DNA of 48,887 nucleotides from an uncultured delta proteobacterium (GTDB lineage: Bacteria; Desulfobacterota; Binatia; UBA9968), in NCBI GenBank assembly GCA_963804165.1, contig CAWDPO010000029.1:1-48887 (forward strand), in the 5' to 3' direction. A model generated the notes under the pieces. It did not search any database. It saw only the letters and a list, made by a program, of their open reading frames with translations, and was not told the DNA's origin. Shown piece after piece: positions 20,840 to 29,671 of the stretch (position 1 is its first letter; each line of letters opens with the position of its first letter). A program made the translations under genes and the position numbers.

Positions 20840-20853
20840 TTGATGAAGAAACG

Positions 20854-20889
20854 GTTCAAATAGTTCAAGCCGTTCAAAACGTTCAAGTC
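20854..20889. repeat. Short tandem 9-mer repeat (GTTCAANNN x4)
   Basis: gttcaaata gttcaagcc gttcaaaac gttcaagtc, between convergent genes. Confidence 0.65.
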
Positions 20890-20975
20890 GTACGCTCCGC
20901 AGGAGGGAAATCTTTGCGGAAGCGATAGTCCAGGCTAATTTAGTCGCGCGGATTCTTGTGGCGCAATTTTGATTG

Positions 20976-21953
20976 CTACCTGGCGCCCATCTCCTTCAGT
21001 GCTTCTTCGACGAGCGTCGTATCAACGACCATTTGGGGTGTGACGGTCGGCGCAATCAGCTTCTGGTCCTTTTCGATCTGCAGAAGGATATCGACGCCGT
21101 CGAGCGGCACGCGGCCGTCGCGGCTGAAGGCTTCGACGACGACATCATAAGATTCGCGCGCGAGTTTTTCGTCCATGCTAAAACGTTTGCGGATTACTTC
21201 TGTCGTGCCAGCGGCGTTGGCCTGAATAAATCTCAGGGCCTCGATCTCGGCTTTGAGCACACGTTTTATCTGGGACCGATTGCTCTTGATTCTTTCGATA
21301 GTTGCACCGAGCCCGGAGAAAGGAATCGTGACGTATTGCGCCGTCTGAGCGAGGATAGGAAAGCCTTCTTGTTTCAGCTGCACCGAAAACGGCGGCGCTA
21401 ACACGACAGCGTCGGCGCGGCCAACCTTGAAGGCGTCGAACATGACCTTCTCGTCACCGATGGCTATAAGTTTTACGTCTTTCTCCGGGTCAAGACCCAA
21501 CTGACGCAACGTTATTCGGGTGCTGACGTGATTGGTTCCGCCGATGGATGTGATCCCGATAATGGCGCCCTTAAGATCCTTGATGTTTTTGTATTTGTGC
21601 TGCCCGATAATGCTAAAGAATGGCGATTTGATCCCGGTTGAAATCGCGCGTATCGGCAACCCGCGCGCCGCGGAGCGGATGGCGGAGCCGATAAGCTCGA
21701 TGTACTCGATTTCGCCGCTCAACAAGGCAGCGATGGAGATGTTGGGGCGCATCTGTATCAGCTCGACATCCGACCCATGCTTCAAGTAAAAACCGCGATC
21801 CTTGGCGACAAATGGAACGAGAAAAGCCATGGAACTGGTAGCGATCGCGATGCGCACTTTCTCCACGTGCTGTTTTTCTTGCGCACCCAGAGAGATGGCG
21901 ATCACAAGCGTCGAGAATAGAAGCACGAATAACGAAATTGATTTGACGTACAA
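20976..21953 (-). CDS. NMT1/THI5/SsuA-type substrate-binding protein (SBP4)
   Basis: Signal peptide; FVAKDRGFYLKHG, KDLKGAIIGITSIGG, GLDPEKDVKL. Confidence 0.88.
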   Translation of the reverse strand: MYVKSISLFVLLFSTLVIAISLGAQEKQHVEKVRIAIATSSMAFLVPFVAKDRGFYLKHGSDVELIQMRPNISIAALLSGEIEYIELIGSAIRSAARGLPIRAISTGIKSPFFSIIGQHKYKNIKDLKGAIIGITSIGGTNHVSTRITLRQLGLDPEKDVKLIAIGDEKVMFDAFKVGRADAVVLAPPFSVQLKQEGFPILAQTAQYVTIPFSGLGATIERIKSNRSQIKRVLKAEIEALRFIQANAAGTTEVIRKRFSMDEKLARESYDVVVEAFSRDGRVPLDGVDILLQIEKDQKLIAPTVTPQMVVDTTLVEEALKEMGAR

Positions 21954-22024
21954 TCTGGTTCACGTAACAACCTTTCTTTCCGCTGCTCAAGTTTGTGCGA
22001 GTGCAAATTCGATTGCGGAGAGCG

Positions 22025-22052
22025 ATTCTAGTTGCTAGAGGAATTTAGTCAA
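22025..22052 (-). promoter_or_regulatory. Putative sigma70 promoter for SBP4
   Basis: Minus strand TTGACT-N16-TAGAAT in the divergent intergenic region. Confidence 0.45.
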
Positions 22053-22089
22053 GTGTTGTTTATGGTAACTTTGGCTTCGGAGTCCTCGG

Positions 22090-23106
22090 ATGAAATTTGA
22101 CGCGAGCTTGCTGGTTCACGACTTGGAGCAAATGCCGGGGCTGGCGCGCTTTGCCGACGAGACGGGTTTTGACGGCATCTGGACTTTTGAGACCGCGCAC
22201 GAGCCATTCCTGCCGTTGGTATTGGCTGCCGAGCATAGCCAGCGATTGAGTTTGGGGACGAGTATCGCCGTGGCATTCGCGCGCAGCCCGGCTATTCTCG
22301 CTTACCTCTCATGGGACCTCGCGCGTTTTTCTGAGGGACGGTTCATTCTCGGTCTCGGCACTCAAGTGAAAGGACACAATGAACGGCGCTTCGGCGTCAA
22401 GTGGGAAAATCCGGTGGCAAAAATGCGCGAGGTCATTCTCGCCGTCAGGGCAATCTGGGATTGCTGGCAGAATCGCACGCGGCTCAACTTCCAGGGTCGG
22501 TTCTTTAAGCTCAATCTAATGACGCCTTTTTTCAGTCCCGAACCGCACGAGTATCATCGCATTCCGATCTTCGTTGCGGGGGTAAACCGACGCATGTGCC
22601 AACTCGCCGGTGAATTGTGCGAAGGCTTCCACGCTCATCCGTTACACACCGCACGCTATTTGAGGGAGAGAGTACTGCCGAATATCCAAGTCGGCTTGGC
22701 GAAGAGCGGACGAGAGCGCCGCTCCATAGAAGTTTCGAGCAGTATCTTCGTCATTCCGAACGACGATCCGGCTGAGGCGGCGAAGTACGAATCAGAGATT
22801 CGCGAGCAGATTTCTTTTTACGCCAGCACGCCGCCGTACCGACCCGTTTTCGAGCTTGAAGGTTGGGGCGATGTGGCGGACGAACTCAAAGCCATAGCAG
22901 CGCACGGCAAATGGGATGAGATGAGCGCGTTGATTACCGACGAGATGCTCGACCGGTTCACTTTGCGCGGCACTTGGGCGGAATTACCGGAGAAAGTCTT
23001 GAAAAAATATGATGGGTTGTTGGATCGCGTGAGCTATTACTTTCCGCTTGTGCCGGGCAAAAATGAAGCGGCGTGGCGCGCGACGGTTGCGGGTTTCAAA
23101 CGTTGA
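22090..23106 (+). CDS. LLM-class, probably F420-dependent oxidoreductase (MSMEG_2256/TIGR03617-like)
   Basis: ETAHEPFLPL, GTSIAVAFARSP, GRFILGLGTQVKGHNERRFG, LMTPFFSP, ISFYASTPPY. Confidence 0.85.
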   Translation: MKFDASLLVHDLEQMPGLARFADETGFDGIWTFETAHEPFLPLVLAAEHSQRLSLGTSIAVAFARSPAILAYLSWDLARFSEGRFILGLGTQVKGHNERRFGVKWENPVAKMREVILAVRAIWDCWQNRTRLNFQGRFFKLNLMTPFFSPEPHEYHRIPIFVAGVNRRMCQLAGELCEGFHAHPLHTARYLRERVLPNIQVGLAKSGRERRSIEVSSSIFVIPNDDPAEAAKYESEIREQISFYASTPPYRPVFELEGWGDVADELKAIAAHGKWDEMSALITDEMLDRFTLRGTWAELPEKVLKKYDGLLDRVSYYFPLVPGKNEAAWRATVAGFKR

Positions 23107-23109
23107 TGC

Positions 23110-24124
23110 TTATCTTTCGTTCTTTGGTGCTCGCCCATAGAGTTTGTCGATGAAGCCGCTTTTCTTGATTTCTTCCAAAACACTCGGATCCATCACGCTC
23201 GCGGGTTTCGCGTTGCGCGCGTTGGGATGCGGCAGGGAATCGAGCACGCTCTGGATGCCGTTCGACTCCGGTAAGGGAAATTCGCGGACGCTCTTGAGCG
23301 AGCGTTCGTAAATGTCCTTTTGCACCACTGGATCTTTAATATCCTCCAGTTCGAGAGCCGAGTAAACCGCTTTCGGGCGAGTTCTGAAAATGTAGATGCC
23401 TTCGAGATAGGCCATGAGCAAACGGCGCAACGTCTCGCGTTGCGTTTTAATGTAGGATGCCGGGAACGCGTAGCCGTAGCGGGCATAGTCCGTCGGCAAG
23501 TCCGCGAGATCCGCCAGCACGCGGCAGCAGCCCGACGCAATGCATCTTGTAGACGCTTTCCGGACTGACGAGCGCGCCGTCGACGTGACCGGACGCCAAC
23601 GCGGTCATGCGGGTCGGTGTGTTGCCGGACTGCAACAAGATAGTTTCCTTGTCGGGGTCGATCTTCCACGAGCGCAAAACCATTCGCGTGATCGTATCCG
23701 AGGCCGATCCGATTCGGCTGACCGCTAACCGTTTGCCCTTGAGATCTTCCGGCTTGGCGATATTTTTTCGCACGACGAATACATGTTCGATACGGTTGAT
23801 GGTGACGGTGACGATCTTCAGATCGGCGACCCCGGCAACAGCTAGGTTTACCATGCCCGGCACTTCGGACTCCGAGCCGGCGATATTGCCGCCCGCCATC
23901 GCTTGGATCAAAACCGTGCCGCTATTAAAATAGACACTTTTAATATTGAGACCGTACTTCTCCCAAATTTTGTCGTGCTCGATGATACGGCGCAGAATGT
24001 TGAGCGATCCGGCGCCGCCACTATGGCCGAGAATGACATTGTTCAGCGGCACCTGTGCGGTGACGGAAACGGGCAGCGCGATAAGCGGTAATAATAAATA
24101 GAAACGGGCAAGGATTCTTTTCAT
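23110..24124 (-). CDS. NMT1/THI5/SsuA-type substrate-binding protein (SBP5), frameshift near 23,540
   Basis: Signal peptide; IWEKYGLN, EDLKGKRLAVSRIGSASD in ORF 23447-24124; C-terminus ...KSGFIDKLY in ORF 23110-23520. Confidence 0.85.
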
Positions 24125-24258
24125 GTTTGGACTCCTTGCAGACTCTTAACGCGATTGTTGACTTGTTCATCACCGGCTTGCCTTGTAACTGCTGCAAGGG
24201 CAAGGGCATTGATGTGCCCGTGCTCACACTTGTTTGAGCGACGTCGCTTGTATTTACC

Positions 24259-24322
24259 GTCTCGTGTCTCGTGTCTTGAGTCTAGTGTTTCCCCTTAACC
24301 CGCAACCCGAGACTCTCAACTG
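24259..24322. repeat. Degenerate heptamer repeats in loosely inverted arrangement
   Basis: gtctcgt gtctcgt gtcttga gtctagt ... aacccgc aacccga gactctc. Confidence 0.55.
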
Positions 24323-24324
24323 CT

Positions 24325-25098
24325 TTAATCCGCCAGCTCCGCCGCGGCGCGGTGCATGACGCCGTAGAGGTCGACGGCGGCGATGGCGCAGTATTCGAGA
24401 TTGTAACCTTCGCGCGTGTCGGCGTAACCGTCTTCGAGAATGCGCTGCATGACGAGCTTGTTAAAACTGCCGTGACCCATGACGCCGTCTTCGTGCTCTT
24501 TCAAATCCGCTTCTTCGTGGGTCGAGAAGTAAACGGCCTGTTGTTGGCTGAAGCTGTATTTCTCGGTCAAGGTTTTGAACCACATGGCCGCCCAGTGGCC
24601 GATCGGTTCCTCGGTAAGCATGGAAAACCACCATTCGGCGACCGTGCCTTCCCACATCAGCTGCCTTTTGAAATCGAGAATGGCGCGGCACTCCGGCAGC
24701 ATCGGCTCGCGCAGCACCTGCTCTTTCGTGAGCCCCAAAGCTTCAGCAGTCTGGAGCATCACCAGCACGTGGCCGGGCGGTTTGGGATGAATGAATTCGT
24801 CGGCGATCTTGACGCCGAGGGGAGCCATGAGATCGGGATGGCGCTTAAAAAAACCGATATGCTTGTGATAGGAGACGGCTACCAGAGTATTGATCTCGAC
24901 AGTAAAATTGCCCCAATTTTTGAAGAACAGTTTGATCGCCGCCATCGGCAAGGTTCCTTCGAGAAATTTGCTCATGAAGGGACCTTGCGTCACCCGCTCC
25001 TTCCAGCGCTGAATGACTTTCTTGTTAACTTCGTCAATATACGTTCTGGCGTCATCGGAGGTCATCTTGACGCCAAGCTGAGGTGTGACGGTATTCAT
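24325..25098 (-). CDS. Heme-oxygenase-like (TenA/PqqC/CADD) putative di-metal enzyme, PPGH type (HDO-B1)
   Basis: PFMSKFLEGTL N-terminus typical of TenA/CADD folds; DEFIHPKPPGH, TEEP, YFSTHEEAD...GH. Confidence 0.72.
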   Translation of the reverse strand: MNTVTPQLGVKMTSDDARTYIDEVNKKVIQRWKERVTQGPFMSKFLEGTLPMAAIKLFFKNWGNFTVEINTLVAVSYHKHIGFFKRHPDLMAPLGVKIADEFIHPKPPGHVLVMLQTAEALGLTKEQVLREPMLPECRAILDFKRQLMWEGTVAEWWFSMLTEEPIGHWAAMWFKTLTEKYSFSQQQAVYFSTHEEADLKEHEDGVMGHGSFNKLVMQRILEDGYADTREGYNLEYCAIAAVDLYGVMHRAAAELAD

Positions 25099-25136
25099 CG
25101 GCCGTTGCTCTTTTGATTCGTTGCAAGAAGCAGGAG

Positions 25137-25231
25137 CCCTTCGATCCTTCGACTTTGCTCAGGACAGGTTAGCTCAGGGCGAACGGAAAATAATGGAGAA
25201 CTCAGAGTCTTCCATTCGAGTTTGTCGAAGC
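25137..25231. repeat. REP-like element (CCCTTCGAC..GCTCAGGGCGAACGG type) with nested copy
   Basis: cccttcgat[ccttcgactttgctcaggacagg]ttagctcagggcgaacgg, with a degenerate inverted partner ccattcgagtttgtcgaagc. Confidence 0.7.
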
Positions 25232-25240
25232 AGGAACGTC

Positions 25241-26153
25241 TTAGGTTCGGTAGAGATTGTCGATAAAACCGCTGTCGTCGATACGTCTGAGATAATGAAA
25301 ATCCCACAGCGCCATCGGATCGGTCTTCTCAGCGGCTTTGTCCTGCTCGATGGAGATCTCGTACACGTTGCTGATTGCCGGAATCGTCGCATACGGCTTT
25401 GCCTGCAAGATTTTCTTTCAGATCATCGTACAGGTGGCTTGCCGTCTCGTCGTCGAGCTCGCCTTCGGCTTTGTATTTTTCTTTGATGATGTTGATCGAC
25501 TCGGCACGGTGGGTTTTGAAATAGGCGATGCCTTCGCAAATGCCGCGGAGCATTTTATCGATGATCTCGGGGTGTTTCTCGACGAACGGCGAGCCGCTGG
25601 ACACTGTGGTGAACCACACCATCGGCAGGAACGGCACGTCGATCACCTTCAATCCGGCGCGTTTGGAGAGGATATCCGCCGGCGGCGTGACGAATGCGGC
25701 ATCGGCCTCGCCGTCGCGCACCGCTTCCCAATGAAACTTGCTGCCCTTGGCTTTCTCGACGTCGCACTCGTTGAGCAACCCGGCCTGTTTGATGAACAGC
25801 CAAGTATTCAAGCCCGGATGCTTGCCTTTGGTCGCGACCTTTTTGCCTTTCAAGTCGGAAACTCTGTTGATGCCTGAGTCGGCGCGCACGACTAGACGGT
25901 GATTCAAGAGGCTCACGGTTTGACCGAGATAAACCCATTTGTCGCCCGCAGGGCGGCGAATATACGGCGAGAGATGATTGCCGCCGACGAATTCGACGGT
26001 GCCGTTGGCGACGTTTTTATGCGAATCTTCCGAAGTTATTTCGTAATCGTAGTTCACATCGAGGCCGTGCTTCGCCCAAGAGCCTGAGTCATGCACGACG
26101 TGCAAAAACGGCAGATGGCTGTCCGAGCGATAGGGAAAGTTTACTTTGTCCAT
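25241..26153 (-). CDS. NMT1/SsuA-fold protein without a signal peptide (SBP6), frameshift near 25,410
   Basis: Strong AAGGAGG RBS then MDKVNFPYRS...WAKHGLDV, SDLKGKKVAT; C-terminus PYATIPAISNVYE...DDSGFIDNLYRT* is in a shifted frame ending at 25,241. Confidence 0.8.
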
Positions 26154-26218
26154 GATGTTGTCCTCCTTCTATGAGTCTGTCCTTATTTGATGTGGCTTGT
26201 GGCGTCAACCGGATTAAT

Positions 26219-27640
26219 TCATTTGAGCTGAAGTTTGGGCGCCCATTTTTCCCAGACTTCTTCGCGCTTCTCGGCGCTGAATTTATTAGCCAAGGCAAAA
26301 CGGTCGCGCCAGGAAAACGGTTTGCAGGCGTCGATGAGCATGCGACTCATGGTGAAGTCGCCTCGCTCGCGTTTCTCGGGCGGTAGTCGCGGATCGAGGT
26401 CGGTCGTCCAGGATTTGAGAACTTGGATGGATTCGGCGGGATCGACGCGCGTGCACATCGCCCAAATCACCTGCTTTAAGTCCACGGGATCGATGTCGTC
26501 GTCGACGGCGATGTAATAGCGATACATGCTCGCGCCGGTTTGCATGCCGGCGACGGCCGTGAGTGCTTGAAGCGCATGTCCTGAATAGCGCTGCTTCAGT
26601 GAAACCACGACCATCAAGGTGTGACAGTGGCACCAGACGCCTTGGACGTCGGAGACGCCGGATTGCTCCAAGTGATCCCAGATGCGGGCGGCGTAGAGTG
26701 GAATGCCGTAGCGCTCGGTGATCGGCAAGAGCGGCGGATTGCCCAAAAGAATGGGATCGTTGCGGTAGAGTACTCGTTTCATGTGCACGACGGTTTCATT
26801 GCCGCTGTGAGTGTAGTAGCCCGGCCACTCGCCGAACGGGCCTTCGGCATGCGACTCTTCTTCGGGTGACGGCATCTCGCCTTCGATGACGATTTCCGCA
26901 GTGGCCGGTATGGGCAGTCCGGTGAACGGCGCGCGGATCACTTCGAGCGGCGCGCCGCGCAGCGCGCCGGCATATTCATATTCGCTCACGCCGGCTTTTG
27001 CTGCCGAAGGCCCTGCCATCCAGGTCGCCGGCTCACATCCAAGCACGATGGCGACGGGGCAGGCTCGTCCCGCTTGCCAGTATTTGCGCGCGATCTGTTT
27101 GCCGTGTTTGTGCTCGATGATCCAAAGCGTGACGCGATCCTTGCCGACGATGCACGAACGGTAAGTGCCGACGTTGACCCAGCCGCTGTCCGGATCTTTG
27201 GTGATCACCAGGTCGCCGGTGCCGATGTAGCGGCCGCCGTCGTGCTCGTGCCACTTGGGCGTGGGAAAAATATTCAAATCGATCCGGTCGCCTTCGAGGA
27301 CGTTTTCGGTTATCGGTCCCGAGGAAACTTCCATCGGCGCGAAGGGTTTTAAATCGCGAATCTTGTTACGCCAGTTTTTGAGAATTTCCAGTTTCGGCAC
27401 ATCGGTCGGTATGCCGAGGGCGAGAGCGAAGCGACGCGCGCTGGCAAGCACGTTGGCGGCGATGCGAAAGCCTTTGGGGTAACCGACGATGTTGTCGAAG
27501 AGCAGGAGCGGGCCTTCTTGCTCGGCCATCAGCTCGGTCAGACAGCCGATCTCGAGGTCCCAGTGCGCGCCGTCGATGTTCTTAAGCTCGCCGATGCGCG
27601 CGGCGCCGTCGATGAAGGATCTTAAGTCGGAAAAAGGCAT
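26219..27640 (-). CDS. UbiD family prFMN-dependent (de)carboxylase (UbiD-2)
   Basis: DLRSFI, HEHDGGRYIGTG, NVGTYR, EGPFGEWPGYY, AVDDDIDP, IDACKPF; intact 473 aa. Confidence 0.92.
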   Translation of the reverse strand: MPFSDLRSFIDGAARIGELKNIDGAHWDLEIGCLTELMAEQEGPLLLFDNIVGYPKGFRIAANVLASARRFALALGIPTDVPKLEILKNWRNKIRDLKPFAPMEVSSGPITENVLEGDRIDLNIFPTPKWHEHDGGRYIGTGDLVITKDPDSGWVNVGTYRSCIVGKDRVTLWIIEHKHGKQIARKYWQAGRACPVAIVLGCEPATWMAGPSAAKAGVSEYEYAGALRGAPLEVIRAPFTGLPIPATAEIVIEGEMPSPEEESHAEGPFGEWPGYYTHSGNETVVHMKRVLYRNDPILLGNPPLLPITERYGIPLYAARIWDHLEQSGVSDVQGVWCHCHTLMVVVSLKQRYSGHALQALTAVAGMQTGASMYRYYIAVDDDIDPVDLKQVIWAMCTRVDPAESIQVLKSWTTDLDPRLPPEKRERGDFTMSRMLIDACKPFSWRDRFALANKFSAEKREEVWEKWAPKLQLK

Positions 27641-27690
27641 TGGTTTTTCTCGTTCATAGTCTTCCTTGTGATCGCTGGCTATTGCGCTCG

Positions 27691-27760
27691 TGTCATTCTG
27701 AGGCGTAGCCGAAGAATCTCGACCCGGATGCGAGACCCTTCGCGTGCGCTCAGGGTGACA
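27691..27760. repeat. REP-like palindrome (TGTCATTCTGAG type)
   Basis: tgtcattctgaggcgtagccgaagaatctc ... gagacccttcgcgtgcgctcagggtgaca. Confidence 0.8.
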
Positions 27761-27832
27761 ACAAATGGATTCCGCATGAAGGACTGCGATCTGGAATTTG
27801 CGCTGGAAAAAATAGGCAGGGGTTGTTTCCAG

Positions 27833-28576
27833 CTAGTGCGTTGCATGATAGCACCCGTCCATGAACATTTTATTCAAATCCGCCGGCGTGACCGCGCAAT
27901 ACTCGGCCGAATAACCGGGGCGCTCGTTGACGCCTTCCTCCAGCAGCCGCGCGAGTACGGTCTGGGTTACCGCGCCGTGGGATTTACGATCCAAATGATC
28001 CATCGTGTCGGCTTCATGATGCTTGGAAAAATAACTCGCGTCGGCTGTGCTGAGGCCATAATGCATCGTGAGCGCCTTGAAAAAATCCAGACAAGAATTG
28101 CCAAATGGATGCTCCCAAAGCACCGAAAACCAGTATTCCTGAATCTGCCCGTCGTTGATCAGCGTGCGGTGAAAATCCGGCAAGGCGCGACACTCCGGCA
28201 GCATCGGCGAGAGCAGGACTTGTTCCTTAGTGAGTCCAAGCGCTGCGCCGGTGCTCATCAAGATTTGTATATGTCCCGGCGGGCTCGGATGGCCGAACTC
28301 GTCGAGAACCTTTTGCGTGTAGACTTCCATCAGGTCGACGTTTTTCACAAAAAACCATAGGTGTTTGTAAAACGCCGCAGTGTAAACCGAATTGATTACC
28401 GGAACGAAAGAGCCCCAGTTCTGGTAAAATAGCTGGATGGTTTCCTTTTTCAATTTTCCGTCGCGCAGTTCGTTCATGAATCGAGTCTTATCGACGGTTT
28501 CTTTCCAGCGCCGGTCGCATTTTGCCGCCAACTCGGCGATGAACTCTTTGGCCTGCGCCTCTTTCAGTTTCAGCAT
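27833..28576 (-). CDS. Heme-oxygenase-like putative di-metal enzyme, PPGH type (HDO-B2)
   Basis: Paralog of 24325-25098: NWGSF, YKH, DEFGHPSPPGH, PMLPECRA, WEHP, YFSKHHEAD...SH; GGAGG RBS before the ATG at 28,576. Confidence 0.72.
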   Translation of the reverse strand: MLKLKEAQAKEFIAELAAKCDRRWKETVDKTRFMNELRDGKLKKETIQLFYQNWGSFVPVINSVYTAAFYKHLWFFVKNVDLMEVYTQKVLDEFGHPSPPGHIQILMSTGAALGLTKEQVLLSPMLPECRALPDFHRTLINDGQIQEYWFSVLWEHPFGNSCLDFFKALTMHYGLSTADASYFSKHHEADTMDHLDRKSHGAVTQTVLARLLEEGVNERPGYSAEYCAVTPADLNKMFMDGCYHATH

Positions 28577-28726
28577 GCGAAATGCCTCCAGTCCATAAAT
28601 CGACTGCCGCCAAGCATCATCACCCAATATTGCAGCCCCATCTAGCTGTCAAGCTCGTTTCGCCGACGCTTGCCCCAAACGAGCTAACCAGGCTAGAATC
28701 AAGCAATTCATCCGAGGAGGATTGCG

Positions 28727-29083
28727 ATGGACGTAAAAAATCTCGACGAAATGATGGCAACAAAAAAACGCAATATTCATTTATTCGGCAGCGACAATTT
28801 CAGATCCTGGATGCTCTATTTCGTTCCAGGCGACGGCACCGATATGCACTACCACGCCAATTCGGAGACTTTTTTGGTCCTGTCCGGTAGCGGCGTGGTC
28901 AAAGGTTTAAAAGGCGAGGAACGACCGATTCACAAAAACGAAGTACTTTTCCTAGAAGCCAAGGACTACTATCAAATCACCAACAACGGCACCGAGCCAT
29001 TGGTGCTGTTTGGCAACCGCTCAGAACCATTCGGCGGCGCGCATATCAAAACCGACGGCTCGGACCGCAACGCACGGGCGTAG
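28727..29083 (+). CDS. Cupin_2 domain protein
   Basis: PGDGTDMHYH...ETFLVLSG...NNGTEPL; the second-motif His appears to be replaced (YYQ). Confidence 0.8.
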   Translation: MDVKNLDEMMATKKRNIHLFGSDNFRSWMLYFVPGDGTDMHYHANSETFLVLSGSGVVKGLKGEERPIHKNEVLFLEAKDYYQITNNGTEPLVLFGNRSEPFGGAHIKTDGSDRNARA

Positions 29084-29106
29084 AGCGAGGGGCTCAAATC
29101 GTTCAG

Positions 29107-29135
29107 TTGACATCGTTGAGGACTGTGGTTAAGTT
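29107..29135 (+). promoter_or_regulatory. Putative sigma70 promoter of the FmdB-family gene
   Basis: TTGACA-N17-TAAGTT about 30 bp upstream of the ATG. Confidence 0.55.
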
Positions 29136-29166
29136 ACCTAGCAAACATCTAAGTTAAGGATTTTCA

Positions 29167-29505
29167 ATGCCTATTTACGAGTATCAGTGCCAAAAATGTG
29201 GTACGTTTGAGGCGACCCAGAGGATCACCGATAAGTCGCTGGCAAAGTGCCCTACCTGCAAGGGCAAGGTTAAGAAACTCATTTCCAACACATCCTTCCA
29301 ACTCAAGGGTACCGGCTGGTACGTCACCGACTACGCGCGCAAGGGTCAAAACGGCGACGCCAAGAGCGACAAGGACTCTAAATCGACCTCGGAGTCGAAG
29401 ACGGAAACCAAAGAAGCTAAGGCAGAAACCAAGAAAAGCGACAGCGGGTCGTCGAGCAGCGAAAAATCGTCATCCGCTGCGAGCTCGACTCCTGCGACGT
29501 CCTGA
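29167..29505 (+). CDS. FmdB family zinc-ribbon protein
   Basis: [12 protein letters not shown]...CPTC...[13 protein letters not shown] followed by a Ser/Lys-rich tail. Confidence 0.92.
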   Translation: MPIYEYQCQKCGTFEATQRITDKSLAKCPTCKGKVKKLISNTSFQLKGTGWYVTDYARKGQNGDAKSDKDSKSTSESKTETKEAKAETKKSDSGSSSSEKSSSAASSTPATS

Positions 29506-29541
29506 CCGATCTCGTATTCTAAGATATTCTCGCAATCACAA

Positions 29542-29575
29542 AGCAACGGCGCGTTTCAGGCGCCGTTGCTATTTA
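29542..29575 (+). terminator. Hairpin after the FmdB-family gene, probable terminator
   Basis: agcaacggcgc-gtttcag-gcgccgttgct, a perfect 11-bp stem followed by attta. Confidence 0.55.
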
Positions 29576-29671
29576 AGGCACGAACGACGAAATATAGGTC
29601 TGGATTTGAAATTTGTTTTTCGCTATAGCTGAAAACGAACGATAAAAAATTTGCTGAAGGAGGTTTTATCC

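Noticed and set aside
17108-24322. CRISPR array
   Set aside because: The repeats are 7-9-mers or isolated palindromes with no repeat-spacer periodicity, and there are no cas genes.
10303-28576. PQQ biosynthesis or RiPP cluster
   Set aside because: No pqqA/B/D/E, radical SAM enzyme, RRE domain or convincing precursor peptide ORF was seen.
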